Positions 32,178 to 45,976 of a stretch of 64,000 nt of DNA are shown here, one piece after another. Source of the DNA: an uncultured virus (IMG/VR IMGVR_UViG_3300034155_000028). Its lineage: Duplodnaviria; Heunggongvirae; Uroviricota; Caudoviricetes. How positions within the stretch are numbered: the first letter of the stretch is position 1; every line of letters begins with the position of its first letter. Under the pieces are notes generated by a model. It saw nothing but the letters and a program-made list of their open reading frames with translations, was not told the DNA's origin and searched no databases. The DNA lies in IMG/VR virus record IMGVR_UViG_3300034155_000028; one strand, 5' to 3'. The position numbers and the translations under genes are program-made.

Positions 32178-33928
32178 TTTTATTTTCCTTTTAATTTTCG
32201 TTAACAAAAAACCACTTAGCACTAAAACATAATTCGAAATTCAAATAACATTGATTCCAAATTATTCCAAAATCTAAATTTGGAGCTTCTAATAATTTGC
32301 CATCAACTACTTTTAGAAATAGACCAAGATCTTCATCCAATGTATCTACAAGTCTACAATTAACAATCTTACCGTGTTGTAAATTATAAACAGCCAAATC
32401 CAAACTAATAGGATACATGTTAACTGTCTCTGTTTTATTAATTGCGCATGTTAATTCACGAATAACAAAATTTGACCATTTTTCATTGCCAAGAAATGAA
32501 GATTCTAACTCTCTTACTCCTGTCATTATTTTATGGGAATTAATTAACTCATCTTTATCATCAAGGTTTATCATATGTGATGCTTGTATATATGCTTGTT
32601 TACATTCATCAGCATATTTTTTAATATCTTTTTTACGATCAGCGGAAGTAGTAAGATCAATTAATCTGTTCCACGATGCTTGTGATTCTTTAATACATTT
32701 TTGTATATTTAACATTTATTTAATTACTCCAATTTCAAATTCTTCAATTGAATAATTGAAATGCATCCCATAACTATTAATATAATCAAACCATGTAATA
32801 AAATAATTGTTCCATTTTTTAACATTTAACTTTTCTGAATGAGATTCGTGATGTGCTCTAATCAAACATTGTTTCATATGACTAGGAAAATTATTATCAT
32901 CAAAAATAGATTGTGCAACCTGAGTCAATTCGTGAATTGCATCTTTATAACTATTGCACACAACACTATGAATAACACTGTCAATATTGTCCTGATAAGT
33001 ATACGCTAATACATACATTTTATTTTGTGTCTTTCTTTTTTAAATTTTGGTTACTGAACAATATTCTCCAAATTTATCAGCTAGCCATTCACCCAAACAA
33101 ACCTTAACATCAAATCTTGCCAATAAATAATCAATACTTTTGATAGCAATGCTACTAGAATTCCATCCAGTATCACGGCGATTCATTAAAAATAAATTAC
33201 CTTCATGATCCTTTCGAAGCACCGTATCTTTAAAAAGAATTAATTTCTTTGCATGAACTACATTCCCTGTTTCAAAATTATATTTTTCACCCAACATATC
33301 TGATAGTTGATTACAAACATCTTCAGGAGATGCTGCCAATTCATCACGTGCCCAATTCATCGCAGCGTCTCGAATCAAACAACGAGCTAACCGAATCGTA
33401 TCTTTTTGTGCTAATGTTAACATCTTATTTTCCTTGCTTCTCTGAGCACTTCATTATTAGCATCAAAGATAATTACCTTCTCTCCAAAATGTGCTTTTAC
33501 TACTCTTTTAAGATTTTTGGTAGCCCTACCCGTTTGGGCTACTCTAACCGTTTCAGCATGTATTTTTAGTTTATTACCATTCTCATCTTGTAAAGTATTG
33601 TCTTTTATATATATCTTAATCATTGTTCCTTGCTATTTTTACCAAAGAATTTTGTTTTGTATATTTTTATATAAAATTATTAATTAAACCAATCACTGTT
33701 AATATGAACAATATTATTATTACTGTTAATATCATTTTGTTTTATTGCTTTTTATAGTAAATTTTGGACCACACCAATTATTATATTGCTTCAATGTGAT
33801 ACATGCATCTTTACATAATGAATCAATATATATTCCCCATGCTTCCCTCTTTGCCGGCAAATCATTAGCTGGAATGGTTGGTAATATATGCGTTTTAAAA
33901 TGCTTAATTGCGTCTGTTTGTTTCATTT

Positions 33929-34351
33929 TTAATTTTCAACTATTAAAGGACATTTAACATATGTATTTCCGTTTTTAATAATATTACTAAAAGTGTTTTT
34001 TAATACAGTTCCACTACCATATCCTGACCAATTTGTTTGGATTAATTCATGAATTGCTATTGTATACATCCACGCTTCACATAAATTATTGTCACTCCAA
34101 CCGTTTTTGAAATCTATTAAACCAGAAGCGACAACAGCCTTGCTTTTATATGTATTACATTTTTCAATAACATCTGGAGTAAAATTATTTGTTGTACATA
34201 TCATTGAGCCAACATCAATTGATTTGTCTAAGAAGTCTTTTTGTGGTGGTTTTTTAGATGAACACCCAAAAGCAAATATTGAAAACAATATAATTAATTT
34301 ATAGAGCACCATTGAATTTTGTACCCCGCTGCAAGTTGATTTGTAATCCAA
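33929..34351 (-). CDS. Putative lipoprotein
   Basis: Hydrophobic stretch then AFGC lipobox-like sequence. Confidence 0.5.
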   Translation of the reverse strand: MDYKSTCSGVQNSMVLYKLIILFSIFAFGCSSKKPPQKDFLDKSIDVGSMICTTNNFTPDVIEKCNTYKSKAVVASGLIDFKNGWSDNNLCEAWMYTIAIHELIQTNWSGYGSGTVLKNTFSNIIKNGNTYVKCPLIVEN

Positions 34352-34538
34352 TTCTTTAATCTATCACCAACATCACCATAAATATTTCGATACATATTAT
34401 ATGGGTCATTACTATTTAATATCAAAAGTGTATTAACTGTATTTGTTTGTGTTAGTTGAAAATCTTTTTTACTAATTATATTATTTTCGTTTTCTTTTAT
34501 TGCACAAACCGTAAGATAAACTTTCATAAATTTATTAT

Positions 34539-34567
34539 AAAAAGGCAGTGTTTTTCACTGCCCTTTT
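34539..34567 (-). terminator. Rho-independent terminator
   Basis: A-tract, GGCAGTG-T5-CACTGCC stem, T-tract; downstream of 34578..35525. Confidence 0.75.
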
Positions 34568-34577
34568 ATATTCCTTT

Positions 34578-35525
34578 TTAAAAATAACTACCAATTAATT
34601 CTGCCCCACAATATGGACAATATCCTTTACCATCTTTAACACACAACTTCCCACGTTCCCATTTATTATCTTCGTCAGATAACTTCTTTAATTCATATTC
34701 GTCTAATTGTTTTGGTGTTCGCTTACCACAACAATTATCATCATAAAAACTACATCCGTCATCAGTATGCCAACTATGATGTTGTTCAAAATCAATTGTA
34801 GGTACTGTACCAACATTAGGAAGTGTTATTTGTTTTTCTTGGAATTCTTTAATAGATAAAGCATCTGGATGATAATTATCTTTAGAACAACAAATGCTTC
34901 CTTTAGCATGGCTCCAAATATTTAGTCCACAATCATCGCTAACAGAAAAAATTCTTGGTGTTGAATAACCACCACGTACATCGGCACCATTGTGAGTACA
35001 AAGAATTATATAATTTCCCAAATCTTCTATCTCGAAATATTTATAGAAAATAACTTGGTCTAATAAGCTTTCTTCATTGTATGAGTTTACAGTGATTGGT
35101 TTGCCCTCGCCGTAAATTCCTGTAATATTATTATAAGTAAACCCATGATCTTCATGGGCTTGAAAAGGAAGCCATGAAGTAAATTCTTCAATAAGCTCAA
35201 ACCAACTCTTGTCGTTATTGCTATCAACACTTTCCAAGAATAAACCATGAAATAATGTATCGAGTTCTTGATCGTATTCAAGAATCTCAGATAACCAATG
35301 ATATGTATTGTGGTTTAGTTCAATATAAGAACCAATCTTCAATGTACATTTTGGTTCATTTTCGAAATCTCTACCTTTATTGATTTCAAAATTTCTACCA
35401 TAACCATTTTGTGAACCAATATAATTTCCATTGGAATCATATTGTGGAGTTCCTCCTGAATCACATAATGCACTACCAACATTCTCAGTCAACATCGCAA
35501 TCAAAATATCTTTAGTCTTAGGCAT
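34578..35525 (-). CDS. Hypothetical phage protein
   Basis: MLTENVG..CDSGG, NSYN.E..LDQ, HNGADVRGGYS.P, C-terminal CPYCG. Confidence 0.7.
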   Translation of the reverse strand: MPKTKDILIAMLTENVGSALCDSGGTPQYDSNGNYIGSQNGYGRNFEINKGRDFENEPKCTLKIGSYIELNHNTYHWLSEILEYDQELDTLFHGLFLESVDSNNDKSWFELIEEFTSWLPFQAHEDHGFTYNNITGIYGEGKPITVNSYNEESLLDQVIFYKYFEIEDLGNYIILCTHNGADVRGGYSTPRIFSVSDDCGLNIWSHAKGSICCSKDNYHPDALSIKEFQEKQITLPNVGTVPTIDFEQHHSWHTDDGCSFYDDNCCGKRTPKQLDEYELKKLSDEDNKWERGKLCVKDGKGYCPYCGAELIGSYF

Positions 35526-38098
35526 TTGTTATTCTCTTTTCAATCTGTCTCCGAAATCTCGGCCGGCTATTCAGTACAGTTTATTTTCAGGTGGTGTATG
35601 TTGCCAAAGTAATGCTTCTGTATTTGGGCTGCGTGGATTAAATCCATTTATATTAGCGTTTCGTTCACTATTAAATCTAATAATATTTTCTATTTTATAA
35701 AACCATCGTTCAGCAGCATCTGCTGCTTCATCTGGAAATTCATATAATGCCATACCATTATCTTGGGAATTAAACAAAGGAAATTCATTCGAGTTAGGTA
35801 AATTAACATCTACATATCTAATCTCTAAACCCCAACCAAACCAATTATATAAATGAATAAAAATTACAAAAGGTTCAAACCTGGTTACAAAACACCCTGT
35901 TCCTGTTGAAAAATCAATATTTTGTGTCATTTTTTCTCCCATAAATAAAGGAGAAATAAGATCTGTATATTGTTTTGTATATTGTATTAGTTTTGTATTA
36001 CGATTATAAAAATTATTGTGTAAAGACTGATTGGTTGATGCCGATATATCCAAACATGATTGTTGCTTAATTAACTTTTGTAATTCAATAATATTTTCAG
36101 CACTCATTTCTTAACCACTCCATATAGTTTGAATATTCACAGTGCCATTTAGAAATTAATTCATCTTCTATAATGATTTGATTATATATTTTATCATATA
36201 ATTCTTCTCTTGTTGAGATTTTATATTTTTCAAATATAATATTCTCAAGTGTTTGAAGTCTGTTTTTACATTCCTTAAACGTATCAATTAAACCATCAAA
36301 GTCTTTTTCAAATGTCATGATTTATCTATCCGAGTTTAATTTAGCTATCAGTAATTCTGGGGTAAGAGGAGAGCTGTGTCTAACGCGAATATCTCCTTTA
36401 ATATGATTAACTATTAAATCTCCGTTAAGATCAGATTGATCTGTTTTTGATATAACCCTACCTATACAATAGTAATTTCCATCTTCCTTTGGTGTTATAT
36501 ATAAAATCACATCTCCAACAGAAGTAATATTATTGGTATTGTTATATCCGTAATATGAAGCCCATTTATTAAAAGCGTCAATTAAACAAAGCGTAATATT
36601 TGAATATGGTATATCAGTTGACATTGCGTTGACTTTATGTTTATACATTGTTTGTTTTGCAAATATTATTGTTTTGTTTTTACCAAAGAATTTAATTGTG
36701 TATCTAACCAAGTAAATAGTTTTTGAGTTGTTTCTGGTTCTGTATCCTGAAGCAAATATTTTGGAGCCATACAAACAAAAGATATTGGTTTAATTATTCC
36801 AACAAGATGAGATCCGCTGATTATTTCTTTTTCAAAACGATATTGTAGGTTTACAAATCTTTCATCTTCATTTATTATAAATGCGTCTATTTCTTTCCAG
36901 AAAATTCCAACTGTATAAATTTTTGGTTCAATAATATATAAACCTCCTTCAATACAGTCTTTTAATTTAATGTATTCCATATTATTTTATTCTGGTGGCA
37001 AACAACTTGCCTTCCAAACCTTCCACAAAATCTTTACTGTTACCCCATTATGAGCTTCGGGATAGTTATGATGAAAAAACCAACATTCTCCAAGTTGTTT
37101 TTTATTTGTTTTAGTTAATAAACTAATAGGAATTGATTTACATAAGCTTCCTGAAAAACTTGTGAACTCACCACCTAAATAAAAACTACCATAATCTGAT
37201 GTTTGTACATCCTCTCCCCAATTATAACTTATCCTTCTTCTTGTTCCATCTGAAAATATTACAACATCTCCAACACTTGGAGATGTTTTGTTTAACATTA
37301 TTGTACTGCGCTCTGATATAATTTTTGTATCTTTTACATCATTAAAATTATAATGCATTTAAAAACACCTCCAAATATTTTTTATTTAATCAAACAATAT
37401 ACAATCAAAGCAACCAAACCAACTAAATGTGCTTTTGCTACTCCTTTTAAATATCCCGTTCTAAAACTAGGCTCATCATTTTTTGACAAATACCAAAATA
37501 CAAAACTTGCAAGCGCTGAAAATAACCAAATGATAATTACTATATTATTCATATTAAAATATTTACTTTAAATTATATCTTGATTTTATCATCAAACCAA
37601 TCGAAATTAACTTTGAAACGTCTACCAACCGGCTGTCTTTCATTAGGATGTCTATTGTCTGATATTACCTGAATATAACAATATTCGATACCTGTCAAAC
37701 CTCCGTAGTCAGTGAGCTCCAAAACAATATCCTGTTTTTTACCATCATATAAATAAGTCCATCTAGACCCAATCTCTGGTATATTCATAATTTATATTCT
37801 TTCAAAAGGAAAAGTCAAAATATTCTCTTCTCTCACCTAATACAAAATGATTTGTATTATCTCCTAGACGATACCATTTACCATCTTTTCTCTTAGTTAT
37901 AATAATTTTTTCTCCATTAATATCTGGAGAAAATTCCCAATGTTGATCTTCAGACATTCCGTTTTGATCTGTACGCTTTGCAATATCTCTTTGTATAATT
38001 AGTTTTTTAGAACTAATTATTTCTACAATTGTTAGAGCTCTACTATCAGTAAACTGATATTCTGTTACACCCATTCCTATTTCAGGTTTCATATTTCC

Positions 38099-39595
38099 TC
38101 ACAAACTTTGAAAATATTTTTTAATGCCATCTGAAGCGTTTTGTAATTTAACCATTTTGGAACTGAAAGATGAACGTCCCATCGTTTCAAAAACACAATC
38201 AATATACATCGAGTGTGCTCCCTCTTTTGTTGTGAATAATCTCTCTGGTATCTTGTGACTCTCTAACCATGTTTTCATTTGCTGAACTAATACAGTATCA
38301 AATGATACGTTTGGACCATCCCAATATTCATAATGTTGTGGATCCGCACTATAATATGAATCAGTCTTTATAAATCTATTTAATATCTTTTCTAATCTTA
38401 CTTCATGAATTGGTCCACACAAACCTCTACCAATATTTTTCCACCCTAATAACAATAAGGTTAAATTATATTTTTTACATGTCTCTAATACTTGCTCTAG
38501 TTTTTCTTCACTACAAGAACCTACAGCCAATTGTAATGTACAATTAATTTTCTTAGGATAAGTATATATAAAAGGAATTCTTTTTAACTCTTCTTCTAAA
38601 TCACTTTCTCCAACACTTAAACCAACAGCACCAATTTTACCAGATAACTTATCTTGATTATCAATTAACCAATTAATATTTCTAGTAGAAAAATTTGGAA
38701 CAATTCCCAAGTCATTACATAAATCAATCATCTCTAAGAAATGAGGGTGCTTTGTTGGTTCTCCTCCGCCAAATGCAATTTCAAAAACATTTAACTCACT
38801 AAGGTGTCTAATAACTTGCCTTATTGTATTTATATTTGCGTGCATTCCGTCCATGGAACTGTTTTGATAACAGAATGAGCAATTTGATTCACAATAATCA
38901 GTAATCTTTACATCAACTAATTCTGGCACTTCTGATTTGCTAGCATTAAAACTTTCTTCGGTAAAAGAAAATCTAATTTTTGCACCGTCTGTTTTTCTGA
39001 ATATTGTCCAAAACTTACCTGTACTATCATATCTCCCACGAAGATATTTTGATTCTCCTTCAAAGAAATTAAACAAAACATTATCATCATTATATTCTGA
39101 ATATTTTTCTCTATGAAGACACTTTGCTTTGTTCTGCTCAACCAAATCTAATAATGGATGGCTGTTTCCATTATCATTTCCGCCTAGAATAATTACTCTC
39201 TCTTGTAATACCCAGTCTAAAAACTGATCAAAGAAATTTTTATTTATTGTTATCCTACCAAACCTTTCACTGCACGGAAAACCAATCACGCTTTGATGAT
39301 CTATATAACCCTCAGGATCAATATAAACATTGCACCAATTCGTAGCTAATATTGCAGCTTCTGTTTCTGGAAGTTTATATAAACTAATAAACGCATCTTT
39401 TAAATGCTGTCCAATATATTGCCGTTTAACACACTCAGAAGTTAAAGTAAAATTTTCCCAACCAAAATCTTGAGACTCATCACCAAAACACTTGTCTATA
39501 TCTGGTTTAATAGCATCTTTATTAAAAAGCAATATAGAATGTGTAGAACTACTGTTGGTCGCAAACCCTAAACGTATATTGTGAATTTTTGCCAT
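38099..39595 (-). CDS. Radical SAM protein with an N-terminal GFATNSSSTHS domain
   Basis: CESNCSFC, GGGEPT, PNFST; N-terminal IRLGFATNSSS. Confidence 0.85.
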   Translation of the reverse strand: MAKIHNIRLGFATNSSSTHSILLFNKDAIKPDIDKCFGDESQDFGWENFTLTSECVKRQYIGQHLKDAFISLYKLPETEAAILATNWCNVYIDPEGYIDHQSVIGFPCSERFGRITINKNFFDQFLDWVLQERVIILGGNDNGNSHPLLDLVEQNKAKCLHREKYSEYNDDNVLFNFFEGESKYLRGRYDSTGKFWTIFRKTDGAKIRFSFTEESFNASKSEVPELVDVKITDYCESNCSFCYQNSSMDGMHANINTIRQVIRHLSELNVFEIAFGGGEPTKHPHFLEMIDLCNDLGIVPNFSTRNINWLIDNQDKLSGKIGAVGLSVGESDLEEELKRIPFIYTYPKKINCTLQLAVGSCSEEKLEQVLETCKKYNLTLLLLGWKNIGRGLCGPIHEVRLEKILNRFIKTDSYYSADPQHYEYWDGPNVSFDTVLVQQMKTWLESHKIPERLFTTKEGAHSMYIDCVFETMGRSSFSSKMVKLQNASDGIKKYFQSL

Positions 39596-40523
39596 CTATC
39601 TTTTCTTTCAAATAAATAAATCTTCTTTGGTAAAAGAATTATCCTTTTAATTTTCTAAGAACTTGCGATGTATATTTACCAATCGATTCTTGAATTATTT
39701 CCTGTAAGTTATATTCGTTCAATTGAAATGTTCTCCCCAGTGTTTTAAATCAAATTTGTTTATCAAATCTAAACACCTTCCAAATGCTTCTAATATTTGT
39801 TTGGTTTTATTTCCACCTACACTGCCAGATTGTGTTACACTATATACTCTATCATTTTCAATTCTAAGTCCAACACTGCATAAATCATTCAATGGATTAA
39901 CATAACAAAACTCTACCTCAATAGCATCTTTGCTTTGGCTCACTACTCTATCAGGGTAATTAATATAATTTTTAATTTCTTCTAACATTATTCTTCTCCA
40001 CTATTTCTAATCTTATATATTGCTAAAGCTAATTTGTTTTGTACAGCTAGTAATTCAGCTTGTGCAGAAACAAATTCCATATTGTTATATTGTTGTAAAT
40101 CAATTCCTAATCTTTCCAATTCTAATCCAGGACGAATTCTTCCTCTTAATACTAATCCTAAATAAGCTATCGCTTCCCCTATCTCTACCTCTCCAAAATT
40201 TTCAGATATAATCTGCGCTGTCCAGTTTTGAATATATGGCAAATCTAACATTATTTTCCCATCTCAATTTTTTCCTTAACTGTTATCGCTTGGTGTTTGT
40301 TTGCCTTATTATATAATTGATATGTAGAGTTTTGATCTAAGAGTTCTAAATCATAGTAATAAAGAGATATTTTTTTACCAAAAAAATCTAATGTTATTTT
40401 TGTTTCTTTGGTAAAAACAATACCCACAGACTGAACAAATAAAACATTAGCTATATCCTTTGGTTTAATTCCTAAACTGTTACACCCCTTATTACTATGA
40501 TTTTAGAACCCGGTTTTAACATC

Positions 40524-40925
40524 TTAACTTTCTAATACCAACATGTTCGTAAACAATCTCATTTGTCGAATATCACTTGTAGCAAAACTATGCCACAAAC
40601 ATAATACATCATTGTTTTCAGATACCTCACTAAAAACTATAAATTTACAACTTCCAGTCTTTAATCTTACTACATCTCCAATTGTAAACCTATCCTTACA
40701 ACTTTCTTTGCAATCAAGATATGCTTCTACTGTTGGTGTTGATTTGTTGTGTACTAACATTTTTGCATTAATCATAATAGAATTAATATCTTTACCACAA
40801 CCATACCGACAAAATACTTTATTGTCCGAGTCTGGCTCGCTTTCAACTGTCATTGGACAACTACCACTCTTCAACCTTACTACATCACCAATCTTAATTT
40901 TCGTTGACATATTTTTATTTTTCAC
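40524..40925 (-). CDS. Tandem YodC/DUF2158-like domain protein
   Basis: IGDVVRLK(S/T)GSC occurs twice. Confidence 0.7.
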   Translation of the reverse strand: MKNKNMSTKIKIGDVVRLKSGSCPMTVESEPDSDNKVFCRYGCGKDINSIMINAKMLVHNKSTPTVEAYLDCKESCKDRFTIGDVVRLKTGSCKFIVFSEVSENNDVLCLWHSFATSDIRQMRLFTNMLVLES

Positions 40926-42507
40926 TTTCTTTATATAATTTCTAAAAACGTTCCGTGTTTAAATGCAGACTTTAAAGCTTTAATATATGTATGTGATCCA
41001 AATTCTTTAATAATTATATAACAATGTATTATTAAATGTTTGGTTGTTATTACCCCTACCATATTTACTCCAAATTTTGTTTACCAAACTTTTACAATAA
41101 AATGCATAGCTACAAAAATTATCACACCTAAAAATCCTAAACTTACCAGTGCCGATATAATCCAGATAGTAATAAATGTATTTTTGGTTTTGTTAAATTT
41201 CTTATCCATATCAATATTGTTTAGAAAAGATGAGTTTGATAAACTTCTATTTTTCATATTTAATTCTTTCTTATAAATAAATTAATTAATTCAATTTCCT
41301 AACAATCTATATGTTTTTTTAGAAAATTCTTATCAGTACAAGAATAATGTAATTGTGCTGATAAACCACAGCTAACTAAAAACAGTTTTGTAATATGGTT
41401 TTGGTTTGTAACTTCTAAAATAGAAACTAAACCATCCAGAATATCTTTTATTACATGTTCTTTTATAACTTTAATAGATCCCGCCCTACTTATTAAATCA
41501 TCTGTACACAATACCGATATAAAATGATTATATTCAATACAGTTATGTTGTTCAAGAGTGTTGAAAATAGTTTCTCGTAGAAATGTTTCAGCAACCTCAC
41601 ATAATTCTTGTAATTCTTGTAATGATAATCTTTCGTTCATTTTAATACCTTAAAAACATTTGTTTGTATGAGCTAATGCAACTTGATAATTTGCTGGAAA
41701 TATAAAATATTGTTTGACTTCATCCCGATTAGTTATATATAAAGATGAAATCTTACCACCGTACATATATTGTTTAATTGTTTCTAAAATTTTATTTTTA
41801 GATCCAATTACACCAAGCATTTGCTCTTCTAGTAAAGAACAGAATTTATTAAGTTCAATCACTTGTTCTTTTTCTAATACTTCAAAAATCATTTCTTTTA
41901 AAAGGTTCTGTAATTCTTTTGTTTTATTTTCCAACGCCTCTAAAGATGAAAGGTTCATAGCATATTTTAAAAGAGTTTGTAATTCTTCTACGGTTTGTGC
42001 CATTTAATAATTTAATCCTTCTTTTGTTTGTACCCACTCATAAGCAAATGAAAAATTATCTCCAGTTAATGACCTTATCTTATCAGTAAACATTATACAA
42101 ATTGGATGTCGATTGTACCAATCAGTTCCTTTATCAGGATATTCTTTCCTTAACCACTCTATAAATTGTGCAAAACTATATATTACACCAGATAAATTAC
42201 AAGCATCCTGAATATCAATTGATGTCTTCTTCCAATATTCTAAATCTTTAATTGTAGCCATTGTAGTTCTCATAGTTTTGTTGTTTTAATTCTGATGTTT
42301 CATGGTGTTTTTGTACACTTAATGATGTTATCTTGTCCCAAAACCTTATTGAAACCGGATGCTGATAACACCACTTAAGATCTTTATTAGGATTTTCTTT
42401 TTGTAACCAATTTGTAAACTCCATAAAAAGATGTATTGCACTACCTAAACCACCATAAATATTAAGTGATATCCGATCCCAATATTCTAGGCTTCTACCA
42501 CATGAAT

Positions 42508-42888
42508 TTAACATATCTTTGTCCTTGTTACCTCAAACCATTCATTCTTCTTTACATTCCATACACCAAATTTATTTGGCTCTATAGTATAATATACTTT
42601 CTTTACATGTCTCGCTTTAATCAGCGCTTGACACCTTGGACACGGCTTCGACATTGCCCAGTTTCCTGTATCCCTAACTACCCTTGCTACATACAATGTA
42701 CAGTTTGCATCAGCTTTTTTTAGTACTCGAGCCTCTGCATGTGCCGCATACATAGGAATTTTTGTAAGTGCATTGGGAGAAATTACTACCGCTCCATCAG
42801 AACGCTCGGCCATTGCCATCAACAAATAATTTTTATTTCTATCCCCACCCCGGGCAAATGCTGCAACTATTTCCAATTTATTAAACAT
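42508..42888 (-). CDS. Zinc-dependent nucleoside/nucleotide deaminase (CDA fold)
   Basis: HAE...LYVAR...SKPCPRC. Confidence 0.85.
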   Translation of the reverse strand: MFNKLEIVAAFARGGDRNKNYLLMAMAERSDGAVVISPNALTKIPMYAAHAEARVLKKADANCTLYVARVVRDTGNWAMSKPCPRCQALIKARHVKKVYYTIEPNKFGVWNVKKNEWFEVTRTKIC

Positions 42889-45792
42889 AAACTATTCTTC
42901 TTTAGGAATTTCCTCTTCTTTAGGAATTCCTTCATAATATATCTTATCGTATATTTGATTAGGTAAGGTTATTAATTGTTCTTTATTATATTTTTCTACT
43001 AACGCTTTTAATAAAATATTAAACTTTTTTAATTTTCCCAAAATTAAAAACCAGCCTTTTTAAATAATAACTCTTTCCAATTTTTAACTATACCATCCAT
43101 TGTAAGTGTTAATTGCTCAACTAGAAACTTGCCATCTTCGGTTAAAAGAAACTCTCCAGAATATGATGTTTCTTTAAGTAATGAAGGATCATAATTAACA
43201 AGTTCTTGACTCGTTTGGTTTTCACCGCCAAACACCGGAAATTTATTAGCAGCATCTAGCAAACACATAATATGTTTATCTGTTAGCTTTACATCTGTCT
43301 TCATAATACTTTACCATTGATAACAAAATTCTTTGAGGTACTGCCGTTGATTTTAAAAGTAACTGCTGACGATCTGTGTTAAATTCTAATTCAGAAAACC
43401 ACAGCATTAACCAATCTGGATTGGGATAATCAAATTCTCCATATATAACTGTACTCTCAACCCATGTTTTCATTTTTAACACATCATCAGCTGTTAAATC
43501 TTCCCATAATTGAGTTGCTTGATTTATTTTCATAATTCTAATCTTTCCAAAATATATTTCCACTACCAAAAGAACACTCAACTCCAGTTGACATGTTTTT
43601 AAAATCTATCATACCAAAACCATCTTTCCACTTATTAATTAATATTTTTAATGCTCTTTCTTCTTCTGGTTTTGTTAATTCTAATCCATTAAATATAAAT
43701 ACTAAATCTAGCGGGGTGAAACTGTTCTATATTCATTTAGTTTATCTTCACAAATATAAAAATCATAAAAACAAGTATTTATTGTTTGCTGTAATATTGG
43801 TGCTGTACTGGTTCCTAAGTATTTACAATTAGAACAATGATGAATATATTTCGGTTGTTGTATTTCTGACATTATATTATCTAGTTAAATGTATTGTTAT
43901 ATTGCTAGTAGTTATATTTCCCGACATAGAAGCTAGAGGGTTTGAAATCATCTCAATAGTATGTTTTACAGCTCTAACTTTAAAGTCAAAATCAAATTTG
44001 GGAAGTGTAACAGTTTCACCAATTCTTGGAACTTCCAAAAATTTATAATGGCCAGTATGAATTGTGGTTTCTACATTAGTATAATCATCAAGCGTTTCGT
44101 TAATAGATGGCTCTACACATACACAAAAAATATTAAACATTTTTATTTGCCTCCAATACCGCACTACACACAGCAATAAATTCCTCTGCAGGAATTGGTT
44201 TGTTTCCAAATATAAATACAGAATCTCTATTTCGAATAGCTATTGAGCTGTCAAAACTAATATCTCTATCTTTAATCGGGTTAGCAAACCATTTTTTAAT
44301 AAAAATAAAATCACCCTGATCACCACTCCACGCATAGGTGTTTTTATGTATAAACTCCCAATTATCAGGTAGTTTAGGAAGATTTTCCATTTCTTTATTA
44401 AACCTCTAAAATGCTTTTTTTAAATATATGGTTGGTGGGTGTAACTCATTATTATTATAAGTTACAGTATAACTAATTTGATGAACTATACCAGTAAGTT
44501 TTGAGTGTGGAATATATATAAAGTCACCTACTAATGGTATATTTGGTAAATATAATGGTGTTTCAATTATTTCTTTTGTTTCTATCCAAGCAATTTGTAC
44601 TCGCATGTTTTATTTACCAATCAAATAATTCAAACCCATTTAATATTGGACCATTACTTATAAATTTCAAATGTGTACAATGATTTTCTTCAGCTATTTC
44701 TACTATGTTCCATAGTTCTTGACTAGGACCCATCTCATCAACTATGGATTCATCAATTGGAAAACATATAAAAGAGTTGCTTCCACTAACCTCAAAATCT
44801 CTTCTTAAACTATCATATTCTTTCTTTGTAATATGATTGGATAATACTACCATCGTTTTCTCAAAGTATATATCTGGTAACATTTGTTTTCTCAACTGTG
44901 TAAAACACGGCTCATTATTTTAAATTACTTTCCAAACAACATTTTAATAGCGCAATATTCTGTATTTGAAAGACATGTTATAGTATCAGGAAGACTCAAC
45001 AAAAACACAACAATATACACAGTCAATATCAAATAAGAAACAAATATTATTGGGTTTATAACATCACCGATTTTATCAGTAAGCCGTGCTTTATTTTTTG
45101 TTATAAAATAAACAACATAACATAAACCTATAAAAATTATACTTGCAAATACCAAATCATAAATAGTATTAATATATACACCACGTGACACAATGTCTAT
45201 AGTTGTTTCTATAATGTTTTTCATTATCTTTGACAGTTGAACAATATCTTGATTCATTTTATGTTTCCTTTTAGAGCCTTCAACTCATCAGCCATCTTTA
45301 TTGCTATTTCTACTCGTTCTGGCAATCTTCCAGGTGCTATCTGAGCAAATTCTGCAAGAGTAATAAGTGCCTCTGTAATATTTTCAGGATTTTTTGGATA
45401 ACTCATATTATATTTCCTTATTAAATATTGTGTGCAAAATCACTTGGGTAAACATATTCTATATCTGGTCTACGCTCTGCATCATATTCTGCAATCTCTT
45501 CTTCAATATCTTCAGTCAAATATTGAAATGCCCCATGATAAAAAACAATCATACAAGGATAATTTTTTGGTAATTTATTATTACCTTCACATTGTTTCCA
45601 CCCTTCCGATGTAGGATTATCTCTATCGGCTAATTCAATATTTAATACTTCTTCAACAACTTGGAAATCACCACACCAGTCAATTAATTTATCAATCAAT
45701 TCTTCTGGTCCGTAAACAATTTCTTTTTGTAATTGTTTGTGATTGGTTTTAACTATTATGTTATAACATTCGTTTCTTGTATTTTTTCTATT

Positions 45793-45976
45793 CATTTTGT
45801 TTTTACCAAAGAATTTTAATTCACAATAAATATTAACGCTTTATGATGTGGATTATTCCATTGATTATAATCATGAATTATAATGCCCGTTAAAACAACC
45901 AATATAAATATTATAACTGTTATCTTGGAATTTAATACTTTATTAAACATTTTGTTTTTACCAAAGAATTTTAATT
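45793..45976. repeat. 29-bp perfect direct repeats bracketing a 44-aa membrane protein gene
   Basis: CATTTTGTTTTTACCAAAGAATTTTAATT at 45793-45821 and 45948-45976. Confidence 0.9.
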
